A stretch of DNA of 64,000 nt, taken from positions 1,211,755 through 1,275,754 of the forward strand of contig NMRA01000001.1 in the NCBI GenBank assembly GCA_002633005.1, given 5' to 3'. Shown in pieces: positions 13,291 through 25,800 of this stretch. A model generated the notes under the pieces. The model made no database searches, was not told the DNA's origin, and saw only the letters and a list, made by a program, of their open reading frames with translations. Source of the DNA: Phoronis australis (lineage: Eukaryota; Animalia; Phoronida). A program made the position numbers and the translations under genes. The first letter of the stretch is position 1. Every line of letters starts with the position of its first letter.

Positions 13291-14559
13291 GTTTGTGATT
13301 GAAATTTTTATGTTGGTTTTAGATTTCACGTCATATTTCCTTTGCTGACCGTTGGGTGGAACTTGAATTAATGGTAGAGTAGTCTTCCTTCATGACTGAG
13401 AATGAACGGAAAGTTAGTGAAGTGGTTGAGCCATAAGAATTTTGCTGTCCTAATAGTTATCACCAGCAATTTTTGCTGTTGATAGAATTATCCGTCTTGA
13501 CGGGGAAACTTTGTCTGATTACTTTCGTCTTGTTCTTTTTATCTAACCCCGTACAATTAGTACTCGATGTCTAACCCTGTAGAATTAGTTGAACTGTTAT
13601 AAACCAGCATTCTGTCAATGAAAGAAACTTTCCATGTAAACCACTTCATACTATGAAATTTGTCTTCCCATTTTCCTGACTCCAAATATTAAGAAGGAGA
13701 TTCTGGGTTTGGAATGAAATGTCAGTTTATTTTTGCTCGCGACCCATCTCAGGGCAGTGAATGAGACACCATGACAAAACAAGTTCAAGAGCCTGGTCTG
13801 GAGCAGTACTGTTTTGCCAGTTCTTTCCAAGTCTAGAAATCACCAAACACACCATGAGACAAGTTTCATGACTGAAGTGGTCTAAATCAAATGTTAGGGT
13901 TCGTAGCAGCTTTAAAACACCATGTACAAGGCATTAATCATCGTGATCAAGAACAGGAAGTCTTAGTGAACAGTGTGTATTGTAATTCACTGAAATTTTA
14001 GCTTTTAATAAGATAGTGGCGCCAATTGGTTTTCTCTTTTTTTGTCTCTTTTTGTCATTGTTTTGACTTTATTGGTGCAAAAACGTTTATTCCAGTAAAA
14101 TTGTATAACACAAAGAAAATCTCTATTACAAAAGCCTGTTTATTTCTGGAATGATACATCACCTGAAAATGTGTCCTCTTTTTTGTCATTTGTCATTCCA
14201 AGCCCTGTTATTAATGCATAAACTAAAAACTAAACAAATTATAGTTTCGTATAACATTCATTATACTTTACTTATCTTTTAGTTTCCAATGCGCTTAGTG
14301 ATTTGTTTGCTGGTACAAAGTGAACATAAAATTTGGTTGAAACATTTATTTTCTGTTGCTAAATGCTAGTCTCTTGAAATTTTGATTTCCCAGTTTAGTT
14401 CCAACCTGTTCCCACCAGTTCCATCCTGTTCCCACCAGTTCCATCCAGTCCTGACCATACATCTTGTTCATTCTCTAACCTGTTCTCACCTTTTTCAAGC
14501 CACTCTGTTTGAAGCCCCCGCCTTCTTGATATGTTATGTTATTCACTTGTTCAATTTAA

Positions 14560-14928
14560 AGTTATATGTAGAACCCTCGAAAAATGGCAAAATTTGGCAA
14601 ACTTTGGAACATCGTATCTCAAAAATGGCTGATCTGGTTCTTTATGAAACTTCCAGATAACTTGTGTAATTCACCGTTCTCCTAAACGCGGTTAGGATTT
14701 TTTTTAATTTCCACTTTTGCATGAGGGGCTATCAAAATATAGGACTTTTGTGATTTTTATGCAAAAACCAAAAAGTTGCATGAAACAAATTTAAAACAAA
14801 ATGATCATTTAGAAAACTTCTAAACGGTTTACATTCTACTTTCAGAAAATCTGTACTTTTAGGGAGTTAAAAGGTTTTGTAGCTATTTGACTAAACACAC
14901 CAACAGGTTGATAAGGTCCTACATAACC
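14560..14928. mobile_element. TTAA-flanked MITE (Kolobok-like); related sequence near 23820-24100, 25800-25930, 63640-64000
   Basis: TTAA|AGTTATATGTAGAACCC ... AGGTCCTACATAACC|TTAA; similar GGTTATGTA(A/G)GAC ends recur elsewhere in the window. Confidence 0.55.
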
Positions 14929-15500
14929 TTAAATGAGTGTTTCATTGGTCACCAGATAAATAGTATTTAGTATCTACAATACAAGACAAAAGTAATCAGA
15001 CAAACCACCATTTCCACCATGACGACTAATTCTGTTAACAGCAAAAATGACTGGTAATGACTATAAAGGCGCCAAAACATTAGTTGCAGAATGCCTTAGT
15101 CACCTTACTGCCTTTCCTGTTCATTGATTTCCTCTTCATTTTCAGTCATGAGGTAAGTCTACTCTGACGATGAATTCAGCTTTCACCCAGCTGTGAGGAA
15201 TCATGATTCATTTTGTCTGAATACTTTTGGCTTGTACTGTATTATGAAACCAAGGAACTAAGAACTCAACAAACTTGAGAGGATTCTTTGTCAATGTTGA
15301 CAGCTGAAGCCTACTCTTACATATGAGTACAGTTGCAATGACAACTGAGTGTAATAACCATGGCCTGGTTGTTCACAAATTGCTCTGGCATGATTTCCCA
15401 AGTCTTAAAACATTTAGGCGACTAGTTCCTAATTGTAAGTTCACAGTTGATATAACTGATACTCATCATGATATTAAGCTCAGATTGTTATTTTTTTTAG

Positions 15501-16247
15501 CCGATGCGTTCTGATGAGACCACGTCTGCAGTACAGAAACCACTTCTTGCTGTTGGCCATCAAGATGAGGAAGTGTTCCACAAAGAGGTTAAAGAATATC
15601 CTGCTCAAGTGAACAATGTTGGAGACGAAGACTTTGATCAAAGAGAAGAAGAAAAGGAAGGTCAAGAAGAAGAAGAGGAAGAAGAGGACAGAGAAGATGA
15701 AGATGGAGTTCCTGTTGATGGTAACGTGGGTGTGGACATGGACAAGGATGATTATGGCGATGGGCATGACTTGGAAGACAAAGAGCTTACTGGTGAGGGA
15801 GAGGGTCAAGTGAGAGGTGCTGAAGAGGAAAATGAGGAGCAAGATGGAGGGGGTGGAGATCAAGGCGCAGGGGTTAGAGGTCATGGAGCAGGAGTTACAG
15901 AGAGGCAACACAAGGGGTTAGAAGTCAAGCATGGTGCTGTTATTTACGGTGATTTCAAAGAAGAAGGAATGGGCAGCAAGGAAGGTCCAGGTGAGGTGAG
16001 TAAGCATAGGGCTGGCGGGGATGCTTTGGAAGAGGATGATGGTGGAATGGACTTTGGGGAAGGGAAAGACGTTGCTAATGACATTGTACAAAGGGAGTTG
16101 ATTGAGTCAAAACTGAGGCAGAAGATGGACATTGGGTACTTGCACATTGCCGTCATGGTGGTCAGTTTTGTATTTGTCTTCTTGCTCATGATGAGGTTTG
16201 TAAAAAAGCGCCGCATTTCCATTCGATATTTTTTGGGTCATAGGTAA
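15501..16247 (+). CDS. C16orf89-like protein, last exon: acidic/Gly-rich stalk, TM helix, basic tail
   Basis: ttttttttag acceptor, phase 0 continuing 13290; E/D-rich region then YLHIAVMVVSFVFVFLLMMRFV-KKRR; stop TAA ends at 16247. Confidence 0.7.
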   Translation, partial: PMRSDETTSAVQKPLLAVGHQDEEVFHKEVKEYPAQVNNVGDEDFDQREEEKEGQEEEEEEEDREDEDGVPVDGNVGVDMDKDDYGDGHDLEDKELTGEGEGQVRGAEEENEEQDGGGGDQGAGVRGHGAGVTERQHKGLEVKHGAVIYGDFKEEGMGSKEGPGEVSKHRAGGDALEEDDGGMDFGEGKDVANDIVQRELIESKLRQKMDIGYLHIAVMVVSFVFVFLLMMRFVKKRRISIRYFLGHR

Positions 16248-19200
16248 AGGTTTAAGTACGAGCATGGTGATGGTGGTGTTGAGAGTCGTTAATAGTTACA
16301 ATATTATTAAATTTTCAACGAGATTGTTTAGACAGTTTCACAGCACTTTAACATGATTTGTCCTCTACAGCTGCCGTGAAGAAACGCACAGTAAAACAAT
16401 TGTTTGAATGTATACTTTAAAATTGTTCAGGAACAATTATAGCTCAGAATCTTTTTTGGGAGTTTAGTCAAGAAGCAGTTGTACTTATTTTGATCTTCCC
16501 TGCGTATTTAGGATTTTGTCTGGCTGAATGCTAATGCCAGAAATGTTTGATGAGCGGACTCTTTTATTGCTTTTACGTCTTGCTTAAAAGGGTACTAAAC
16601 CCTATTTTGGTGATTTTAACCAATCCAGCATTGTCGTCTCAATCGAGTGAAAAACAGGATTCAAATGAAAGCGCATACCGACTGTGTCAAAGAATGGACA
16701 TTATGGTTCTTGTTGGATAGTTCATTCTACATTTCGTTTGTCACTCATCTGAAGGTTCCACTTGCCCGTTTAGCTGACTTGGTAAGGAGTTTTGTTTTTT
16801 AAAAATTTCTCCAACCTTTTGAGAGTTGATGAGGGTTACAAGGCATTATCTTGTTTTAGAGAGCTGGATGGGAAAGTCAGGTTTTGTTATCTTTTTTACC
16901 TAAACAGTTATTATTACATAATGTATTTCTAACAATTCAGAAGAAAAGTTAAAGTCTTTTGAAAGGCCCTGATTTAGTTTTAGTTATCGCCCAAGTTAAA
17001 GGTTCATAACATTTACTTTTTAGTAATGCAGGTTCAGGGACCTGGTGATTCTAAATTTGACTTCACAGTGTTTTTATATTATGTTATCCATTTTTAAAAC
17101 AAACTAGATACTGAATATTAAGTTTTTTGATTTTACATTTTAGATGTAGAATTTGTTATTGAATATCATGCCTTACTAAATAACTCGTTGAACTTAATTA
17201 TGTTTGACTTTTGGCTATCTTGAGATTTGCTTCAAGTACGCTTAAGGAGTTATATTGAGTCTCCTTTGCTTGCCGTGTTGCTAAAAAGCATATCAGTGTA
17301 GTCACTTATTTGGATGTGTAATTATTTGCTTTGATCAAATATGAACTTCCATGACTAGTTTAGTGGTTGAAAAGTCATGTGAGTGTTGTCTTCTGAGTAG
17401 GTGTCCTACACAATTGTTGTGAATGAGGTCAAGTTTCTGAAAATCACTTGAACTACATTTTTGTGACAACTGACTAGTGTGACGGACATCATGTCCATTT
17501 GTGTCATGTCATGTCAAGTCAAGTGTCCACCTTAGAGTTCCAGTTTGTTTTGTTAGAACTCTACTTTTGGACCTTAAGGGAAACTGCTATCCTGGAATTG
17601 GGTCATGGTGCTGGTGTTTTGTTGAGTGTTACATGGGTGGGTCAAAAATGGTAAAATGAGAATGCGAGGATCATTTTAGAAAAATGTGGTTTTGGGAGAA
17701 CTGACCCACAAAACCTCAAGTCTGTGGGACAGTGTGGAGGTCCTATGGGNTATTTTTTGGGTCATAGGTAAAGGTTTAAGTACGAGCATGGTGATGGTGG
17801 TGTTGAGAGTCGTTAATAGTTACAATATTATTAAATTTTCAACGAGATTGTTTAGACAGTTTCACAGCACTTTAACATGATTTGTCCTCTACAGCTGCCG
17901 TGAAGAAACGCACAGTAAAACAATTGTTTGAATGTATACTTTAAAATTGTTCAGGAACAATTATAGCTCAGAATCTTTTTTGGGAGTTTAGTCAAGAAGC
18001 AGTTGTACTTATTTTGATCTTCCCTGCGTATTTAGGATTTTGTCTGGCTGAATGCTAATGCCAGAAATGTTTGATGAGCGGACTCTTTTATTGCTTTTAC
18101 GTCTTGCTTAAAAGGGTACTAAACCCTATTTTGGTGATTTTAACCAATCCAGCATTGTCGTCTCAATCGAGTGAAAAACAGGATTCAAATGAAAGCGCAT
18201 ACCGACTGTGTCAAAGAATGGACATTATGGTTCTTGTTGGATAGTTTATTCTACATTTCGTTTGTCACTCATCTGAAGGTTCCACTTGCCCGCTTAGCTG
18301 ACTTGGTAAGGAGTTTTGTTTTTCAAAAATTTCTCCAACCTTTTGAGAGTTGATGAGGGTTACAAGGCATTATCTTGTTTTAGAGAGCTGGATGGGAAAG
18401 TCAGGTTTTGTTATCTTTTTTACCTAAACAGTTATTATTACATAATGCATTTCTAACAATTCAGAAGAAAAATTAAAGTCTTTTGAAAGGCCCTGATTTA
18501 GTTTTAGTTATCGCCCAAGTTAAAGGTTCATAACATTTACTTTTTAGTAATGCAGGTTCAGGGACCTCGTGATTCTAAATTTGACTTCACAGTGTTTTTA
18601 TATTATGTTATCCATTTTTAAAACAAGCTAGATACTGAATATTAAGTTTTTTGATTTTACATTTTAGATGTAGAATTTGTTATTGAATATCATGCCTTAT
18701 TAAATAACTCGTTGAACTTAATTATGTTTGACTTTTGGCTATCTTGAGATTTGCTTCAAGTACGCTTAAGGAGTTATATTGAGTCTCCTTTGCTTGACGT
18801 GTTGCTAAAAAGCATATCAGTGTAGTCACTTATTTGGATGTGTAATTATTTGCTTTGATCAAATATGAACTTCCATGACTAGTTTAGTGGTTGAAAAGTC
18901 ATGTGAGTGTTGTCTTCTGAGTAGGTGTCCTACACAATTGTTGTGAATGAGGTCAAGTTTCTGAAAATCACTTGAACTACATTTTTGTGACAACTGACTA
19001 GTGTGACGGACATCATGTCCATTTGTGTCATGTCATGTCAAGTCAAGTGTCCACCTTAGAGTTCCAGTTTGTTTTGTTAGAACTCTACTTTTGGACCTTA
19101 AGGGAAACTGCTATCCTGGAATTGGGTCATGGTGCTGGTGTTTTGTTGAGTGTTACATGGGTGGGTCAAAAATGGTAAAATGAGAATGCGAGGATCATTT

Positions 19201-19273
19201 TAGAAAAATGTGGTTTTGGGAGAACTGACCCACAAAACCTCAAGTCTGTGGGACAGTGTGGAGGTCCTATGGG
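16227..19273. repeat. Near-identical 1523-bp tandem duplication across a single N (likely assembly artefact)
   Basis: 16227-17749 repeated at 17751-19273; about 9 substitutions seen by eye; junction is the N at 17750. Confidence 0.9.
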
Positions 19274-22200
19274 CCATGTTGTTGTTTTTTTGTCTTTTTT
19301 CACTTTTAGTTTTAATGGGCTCATTGGCCCGAATTAAGCAATTCACTGTGTGTCAATGAGATTATTTTTGTGTCAACTATGCTTCACGCAGGCCTGAGAA
19401 TAAAGTGGGTTAATGAGCAAAAAATAACGCCATGAACTCCATGGTGACTAGAAAATATCCTTAGAAAACAGTAAGTGTCGCCATATTTCATGACTAGATT
19501 TTTGTGGGGTATGAAAACTTAAAACATTTGATACTCACCCTTTTGTGAAATGGGATGTCCCAAGGTAATAGCCATATTATCTAAATAGCACTCCATATTA
19601 TTTTAACATTTTTGTAAATTTTCTTTCACCATTCCTCTATTGTTGCAAACTAAATTGGTAAATCTACATTTCATTCTGTTTACCTGGCTAAAAATGTAAA
19701 TCAAATTGGACTGTTATAAAATCGGTCTCTTATATTCCTGAGTTTGTAGTTTTATATTTCTGTTACCAACAAGACCATCAAAACCACCAGTGATTCATAA
19801 AAACACTTTAGCGTTTAATGGGATCGGCCAACCCTCAAACTGCGAATTTGAAATTGGCCCCTATAACTTGAGTTGGTAATTGAAACGTAATCCTATCATG
19901 GTTGGGAATACCGAGTTGATTTTCTATTTTTGCCTGCTTAACGGGAAATGAAGTTTTAATTGTAAACCAGGTGATTTAACAACTATGTCTCCAACCTTTC
20001 AAAACTTTGATCATACACTATTGACATCCACAAACAGACCATTCAGAACATTGGCAAATAAAAATTTACTTGTCAATGTTCTGAATTATAGAACATTGGT
20101 GAGTAAAAATTTACTTTCCAATGTTCTGAGTTATCTCTTTGGGATGTCGAAGTTCAATCAGTTTTAATGCAATTGGCCAACTTGCCTAAACTTAGTTCAC
20201 TTCATGTCTATGTAGGTGATATGAGGTGTATTTGATAACAGTGTCTTTCAGGATTTCCATGTTGAAGTTCTAAATTGAGAAGAAAAGCCATTTGAAGTAG
20301 AATAGGTCAACATGTCCACCAGTGCTTTGTATTTTATCACATTGTCGTACTTTCTTGATAGCTCTTGTCAAGTTTCTCTTTTTTTTGCCTGATGTCGTCC
20401 TTCAATACGAATGTCTTCGAAAAGTACATTTCTCTTGCGTTCAGTTTATCTTTTAGGGGTATGATAGACTGGTGGTGGTTTAATTGTTAATGTTGTTTAT
20501 ATTTTGTTGTTAAAAACCAATATCTTGATATTGTAATATAATAGCCATATTGAAATGTTTTGATATTGTAGCTCCTGTTAAAACTGTACCAGTGGCAATA
20601 CACTGAATTACTGTTGTTGGTTGTTTTGGTGCAATACACCTTCTTGAGGGCTTCGCAATAAAACAAATAACTTTAGCTTAGAATCAACAGAGAAAAATGC
20701 ACCTAGTGTGTTAAAACTGACACTGGCTTGGGAGACATCAGATAGGTGACTGGGTGGCAAGTACGGGTTGTATCAATGCCCACTCTCCTTCCCCAAAAAG
20801 GCTGTGAATAGACCTCATCTGGCGAGAGTGCTCCCTGTTCCTGTACCGGGAACAGTAAACGTTCCAGCCACTCATATATCCTGTTTGTAAATGTCACTCA
20901 AAATGAGGATTTGTCAGAACGTGTTAAGTGGTAGTGGTGTCTACGAGCAATGCTATCTTTTATCGGCAATAATTTGAAATACCCGTTTTGTCACACTGAA
21001 AGTTTTGTCTAAAAATTTTATTCATGCTGTGTTATGACTGTAACTCTTTGCTTTTATATACAGTGATGGCATTTTATAAAACGCATCTTTCACGTGTAGT
21101 GCGTTAGATATTCAGTGCGTTTTCTACGTTTTGAATATATTTGTAAATGTTGTTTTGTTGGTTAGTCATTTGACTATACGTACTTGTACTTAACGATGTG
21201 AAAACAAAGATCATTATTTCTAACATAGTATTTATTTGGATCTAGGTATGATCACTTGTTATTTGTTGTGCTGTTGATATGTACATTGTAGATTCTTGTG
21301 TAAATAAGATCTTAATCCTACAACGTTATATGTTATTTGTTTTTCCCACGGTGTTGTGTTCAAATAAAGCGCACGCAACAGTCCAATGAACTCCTAATTA
21401 AAAGTGGTAATTCTCGGTATAATAACATCGAAAGTGTATTCTACACTTGTCTACTGTTTTTAAAGGGGTGTATCTCCTTTTTAGTCACTAGAGCTGTTTA
21501 GAAAAGCCACGTGAGCGTGAATTATCACGCATACTTAATTGCACGTGCCGATTCACGTTTACAAAAATGGGATTCTCAACAGCCAAATGTTTACGTGAAC
21601 GTGAAAGTAAACACGAAATGAATAACCGAGCTCAGGGTGTCCTGAGGCCTAGTACATGTACATGTCAGCTAGATTCCAAAAAAATTAAGTCACTTTGCCA
21701 ATGCAATTTCTTTTAGATAAAAAAGTCGTTTCTACAAACTCCTGAAACTCTTAGAATGCTAAATTTATTTGCATGTCAAATTAAGCATGTAAAAAATTTA
21801 ACAACACAAAATTATCTGTTAAAATTCCATTCTAGTTCGATGATATCCAGCGAACCCCGGCAGAATAAGGATTTTGAAAAAGGTGCTTTTTTGCACATAA
21901 ACTTCTGGACTTGTAGACAAAAGAATCGTGCTCATTTTTAACTGAAGCAAAGAAGAAAGATTGATAACTATCAAAATAAAAATCCTTCTGATGTCTTACC
22001 AAATAAGAATTAAAATTAGAAAGGGCCCATAGGTTTCGCGTTTAAAGCGACGTGAATCTCCCTATATCCACGTAAAATACTCAACACTATCGGGATTACG
22101 TCACAGCCAACAATGGCACGTTCACGTCGCTTTCAAGTTGCGAAACTTCTCTACTGTCTATGGCGCAAATGATAACCTGAGATTCCTCAAACGCCCAAAG

Positions 22201-22409
22201 TATGTATCCAATCTTTTCACACCACTATAGAATTTAAATGATTTCCAACCCAAGCAGGGCCAACGACTTCAATACCGGTAGTGTCTGCTAAAAATCGAGA
22301 TCTCCATTCTCTGGATGTTCCGTTAGATATAGCCGTGTTTATTCAACTGGAGCACGTGATTTTGGTTTCTGGGCGCTGGACAGTTATTGAACTTGTCCCA
22401 GATCTTTAA

Positions 22410-22839
22410 AGATGCTATGTCTCATTAAAACCGTGAATATTTAAATTTTTAGCGAGCGTCACCTAGTGACTTCCTGGAGAACTGTGTGTACAAGTATAAT
22501 CAGGGAAAGAAACAATTTTCAAATACATGTAAATTAAGGTTTTAAAGAAACTGATACCGTTAAAACAGGTGTGAACATATAAAAAATCCTATAGTTCCAA
22601 ATATTACGCAATCGTTTGATAGTGAAATAAATAAAAACTTTGCCTTGTTTCATTAGGGCTACGATGAAATCTTATTCATTATTTGCATAAAAATATTATA
22701 GTCTCGTAAAACGATACTTTCGCGATATTGTTATGGTAACTGGTTCTCGGATGGTTTGCGGCACACTCAGGAGGACCCTGGTTTGTTTGTAAGTTAGTAC
22801 TTCATTTGCATATTCACAATTTGATGAGAGTATGCATCT
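22410..22839. mobile_element. TTAA-flanked MITE (Kolobok-like)
   Basis: TTAA|AGATGCTATGTCTCAT ... ATGAGAGTATGCATCT|TTAA. Confidence 0.65.
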
Positions 22840-25800
22840 TTAAGAATATCAGAAAGTAACGAGAACAAAGCTGAGGGTTGACCAACTCATACAAAACTTG
22901 TCTACGTCATACCAATCGCTGCTTGTTGCTTCGTTTATCTGGCTAAAAGGCGAAATGGAATTGGGCCTGTTCGTACCCCGACTCATAAAATCTGCCTCAA
23001 GGTATATTACGGTTTCCAACAAGGATATCGAAACTACCGTCAGCGACTTTAGGTGAATCTTCAGAGCTTATTGGGGTTGGCCAACCCTAAAACTGCGATT
23101 TTGAAAATGGCGCATTTACGCATTGCCTGTGTCTTAGTTGCCGACTCAAATCAGTGGTAGATGAGCGTGGTAATGTTTTCATTACCAAAGCGCCCCGGTT
23201 AAGAATTTAACGGGCTGGTTGGCAGGGTCAAAGTGCAGCTCTTCTTAATTGTAATATGAATGATATTGTCTATTTGGGATAAATGTCTTTGGACTTCTCA
23301 TTCGATTATTAGGTAGCGTCAAATAAGGGTGTTGAGTCTAGAATGGTCTGGAGAATTTTCTGAAACAACTTATCCGATGCAACAACTGATTGTTTTCGTG
23401 GTTAATTGAATATTTATGAAGATGTCGTTAGCGCATCGCCAAATGGATGTTTTGCTGTCAATAAAAATAATATTTTGTCAATTGACACAACCGTTTCTAA
23501 AAAAATACACTGCTCTCTCCCGTGGGGTCGTAAAGCGTGTTATTTTAGTCCCCTGTGCGACTGGGACAGTTCTGTTAAATGTCAATTATAAAAACACCGT
23601 TCCATAATTATCGATTGGAAATTGACAGCTGAGTGAAAGGAAGGGATTTTTAACGATTGTTCGACGTTGACGGCTTACACACCGTTATTAATTCGATTGT
23701 TTGATTGACAAGTGGTGTGTATATGTGTATGGTCATTGCCACTGTGACTAATTATTGGAGACAAAGCCCCAAAACACTTGACTAAGTGCTGTGGTCCTCC
23801 TATAAACAGTCTCTGTTGATGATTAGGGTTATGTAAGACCTTATCGACAAGTCTGTGCATCTTGTCAACACGAAACAGTAGATTGTAAGTCAATAAACGT
23901 ATATATATGTATGTATACATAGTAGAAGGCCGGTAGAATTTGATTTTTTTACTTTTTACCAATTAGTCGCCCATTGGGTCACGTGACCATGTCTTTTTTT
24001 GTAAAATTGAACAAGAGAAAGATAAATTCACAACGAAACAACCATATCAATAATATGACCAAATTTAATTTTATGAAAATGTCTAAAGGGACGTTGTTAC
24101 AGTTTTCAAAAACTTCCATTTCATTTCATTTCACTAGATGCTTTGCAACTTTGATCACACACGATTTCTATCTAAAATACTTACCACCAGTGAAACTTTG
24201 GATGGGATGTTAGCCATGACCGCTGAGCTGTGACGTCATTTTTTATAAATACCTGGATATGCCGCTATAATGATTTCCTAACATATTTAACATATTTTTA
24301 TTACGTGATGTCAATCTGTAAGCGTGAATGTGGTGTCGCAAAAATGTTAAATAAAATACTTCAAAATCTGAGTAAAAAGGAATGGTTTGACTGGGAACTA
24401 GTAGTGCATTTTTTCCTTTTTTTAAGTAATCTCAAACTATCTTTACAATGCGTAAAAGCTAGAAAAAAGTGCCATGGTTGAATTTAATGGCAGAGAACAA
24501 AAACTGCACAACTAGATGTACTGCTCAAGTGTAGGTAGTCGAGGATTTTTTATCAAAGCTGTATGCGCCTAGACGGAGAACAATAAACAAAACTGCAGCT
24601 CTATTTTTCCCAGTGGAAAAGGAAAGAAGTTAAAGTGTTAGTTCTACGGATGTGAGAGAGTAAGCTGTGAAGAATCTGAAAAATCCATTCGTCGTTTATC
24701 TGCAGTTAATAATATTAAGCTAGAAAGTAAGCTGTAGCTTAGGGCTCTCACAAAACAGGGACTTCGTCTACTCGCCGGAAGGGACCCTCAGAAGTTGTGG
24801 AGACCAGGGCAGAGAGCTAGCTCGAAAGTTGTAATCACCACGGCCCCGAGACTTAGTTTGGCTTTGGAGCCCCAAGAAACCTTAGTCTGGCATTAGCATT
24901 ACATAACTTCATTGTTTTTCATAAGACAACTGAATTTTGGGTCCATTTATTATGAAAAACACCAATAGCTTCCAGTATTTTCTCACCATTTTTGTCCGTG
25001 AGCATTTTTGGGACACCATATATTACGAAAATGCACTCTAATACCAATCTGTTGCTTTAGGGTCACTTAGTGCAAAGTTACATTTTAAGCGTGTAGCGTA
25101 ATGTAACCGAGCAGAAAATCAAAAACACTCCTGCTGAGATCATACGTAATGAAACGGAAAATTTCAAATTATGTTGGGCTCGAGTTCGAACGAGTTCGGG
25201 TGCCGATGAGCTGGTAACGTGTAGCTGAAAGGCTCTTACGATAATACCACTGATTCGGTTTGCATGAGTAGTTTCAATCACGATCGTGATTGCTTTAACT
25301 GTACTGTTAATATTGGGGTTTCATGATTTCTTACGTCAGGTTGCAGGTAATGCGAGACACTCAGGCATTTGTTGGCACCTATTACTCAGAAAATCGATCT
25401 GTTTACGCGAAATCACACCCTCGAATAATTGAACGAAAGGTTTTCTTGGTGCAAAATGTCTGCCCGAATAACTCCAATTATAATGTGCAAAATGCATGTT
25501 TGTACGTAAAATATAGAGGCTCGCGTTTGATTACTGTAGTGACGCTAAGTTCAGTGACGCTGGAGCGCGTATTAAGCCAATTATCTACACGATTGTAGAG
25601 TTAAACTCAGTAAACCGTTGATATTTTCTGAAAGTAGAAAGCCCGTAGACTTTGACTAGTTTTGAGAGCAAAACAACGGCAGTTACTAAATTTCATTTGA
25701 TATAAATGTTGAAATGTTTAAACCGTTGTTACAGTTTTCTAAATTATTATTTTGTTTTCCGTTTGAGGGAACTTGATTTTGTATGAAAATCATAAAAATC

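Noticed and set aside
15480-16222. Hydrophobic minus-strand ORFs (also 60052-60294, 60977-61354, 62909-63118)
   Set aside because: Antisense shadows of Glu/Gln-rich + strand exons.
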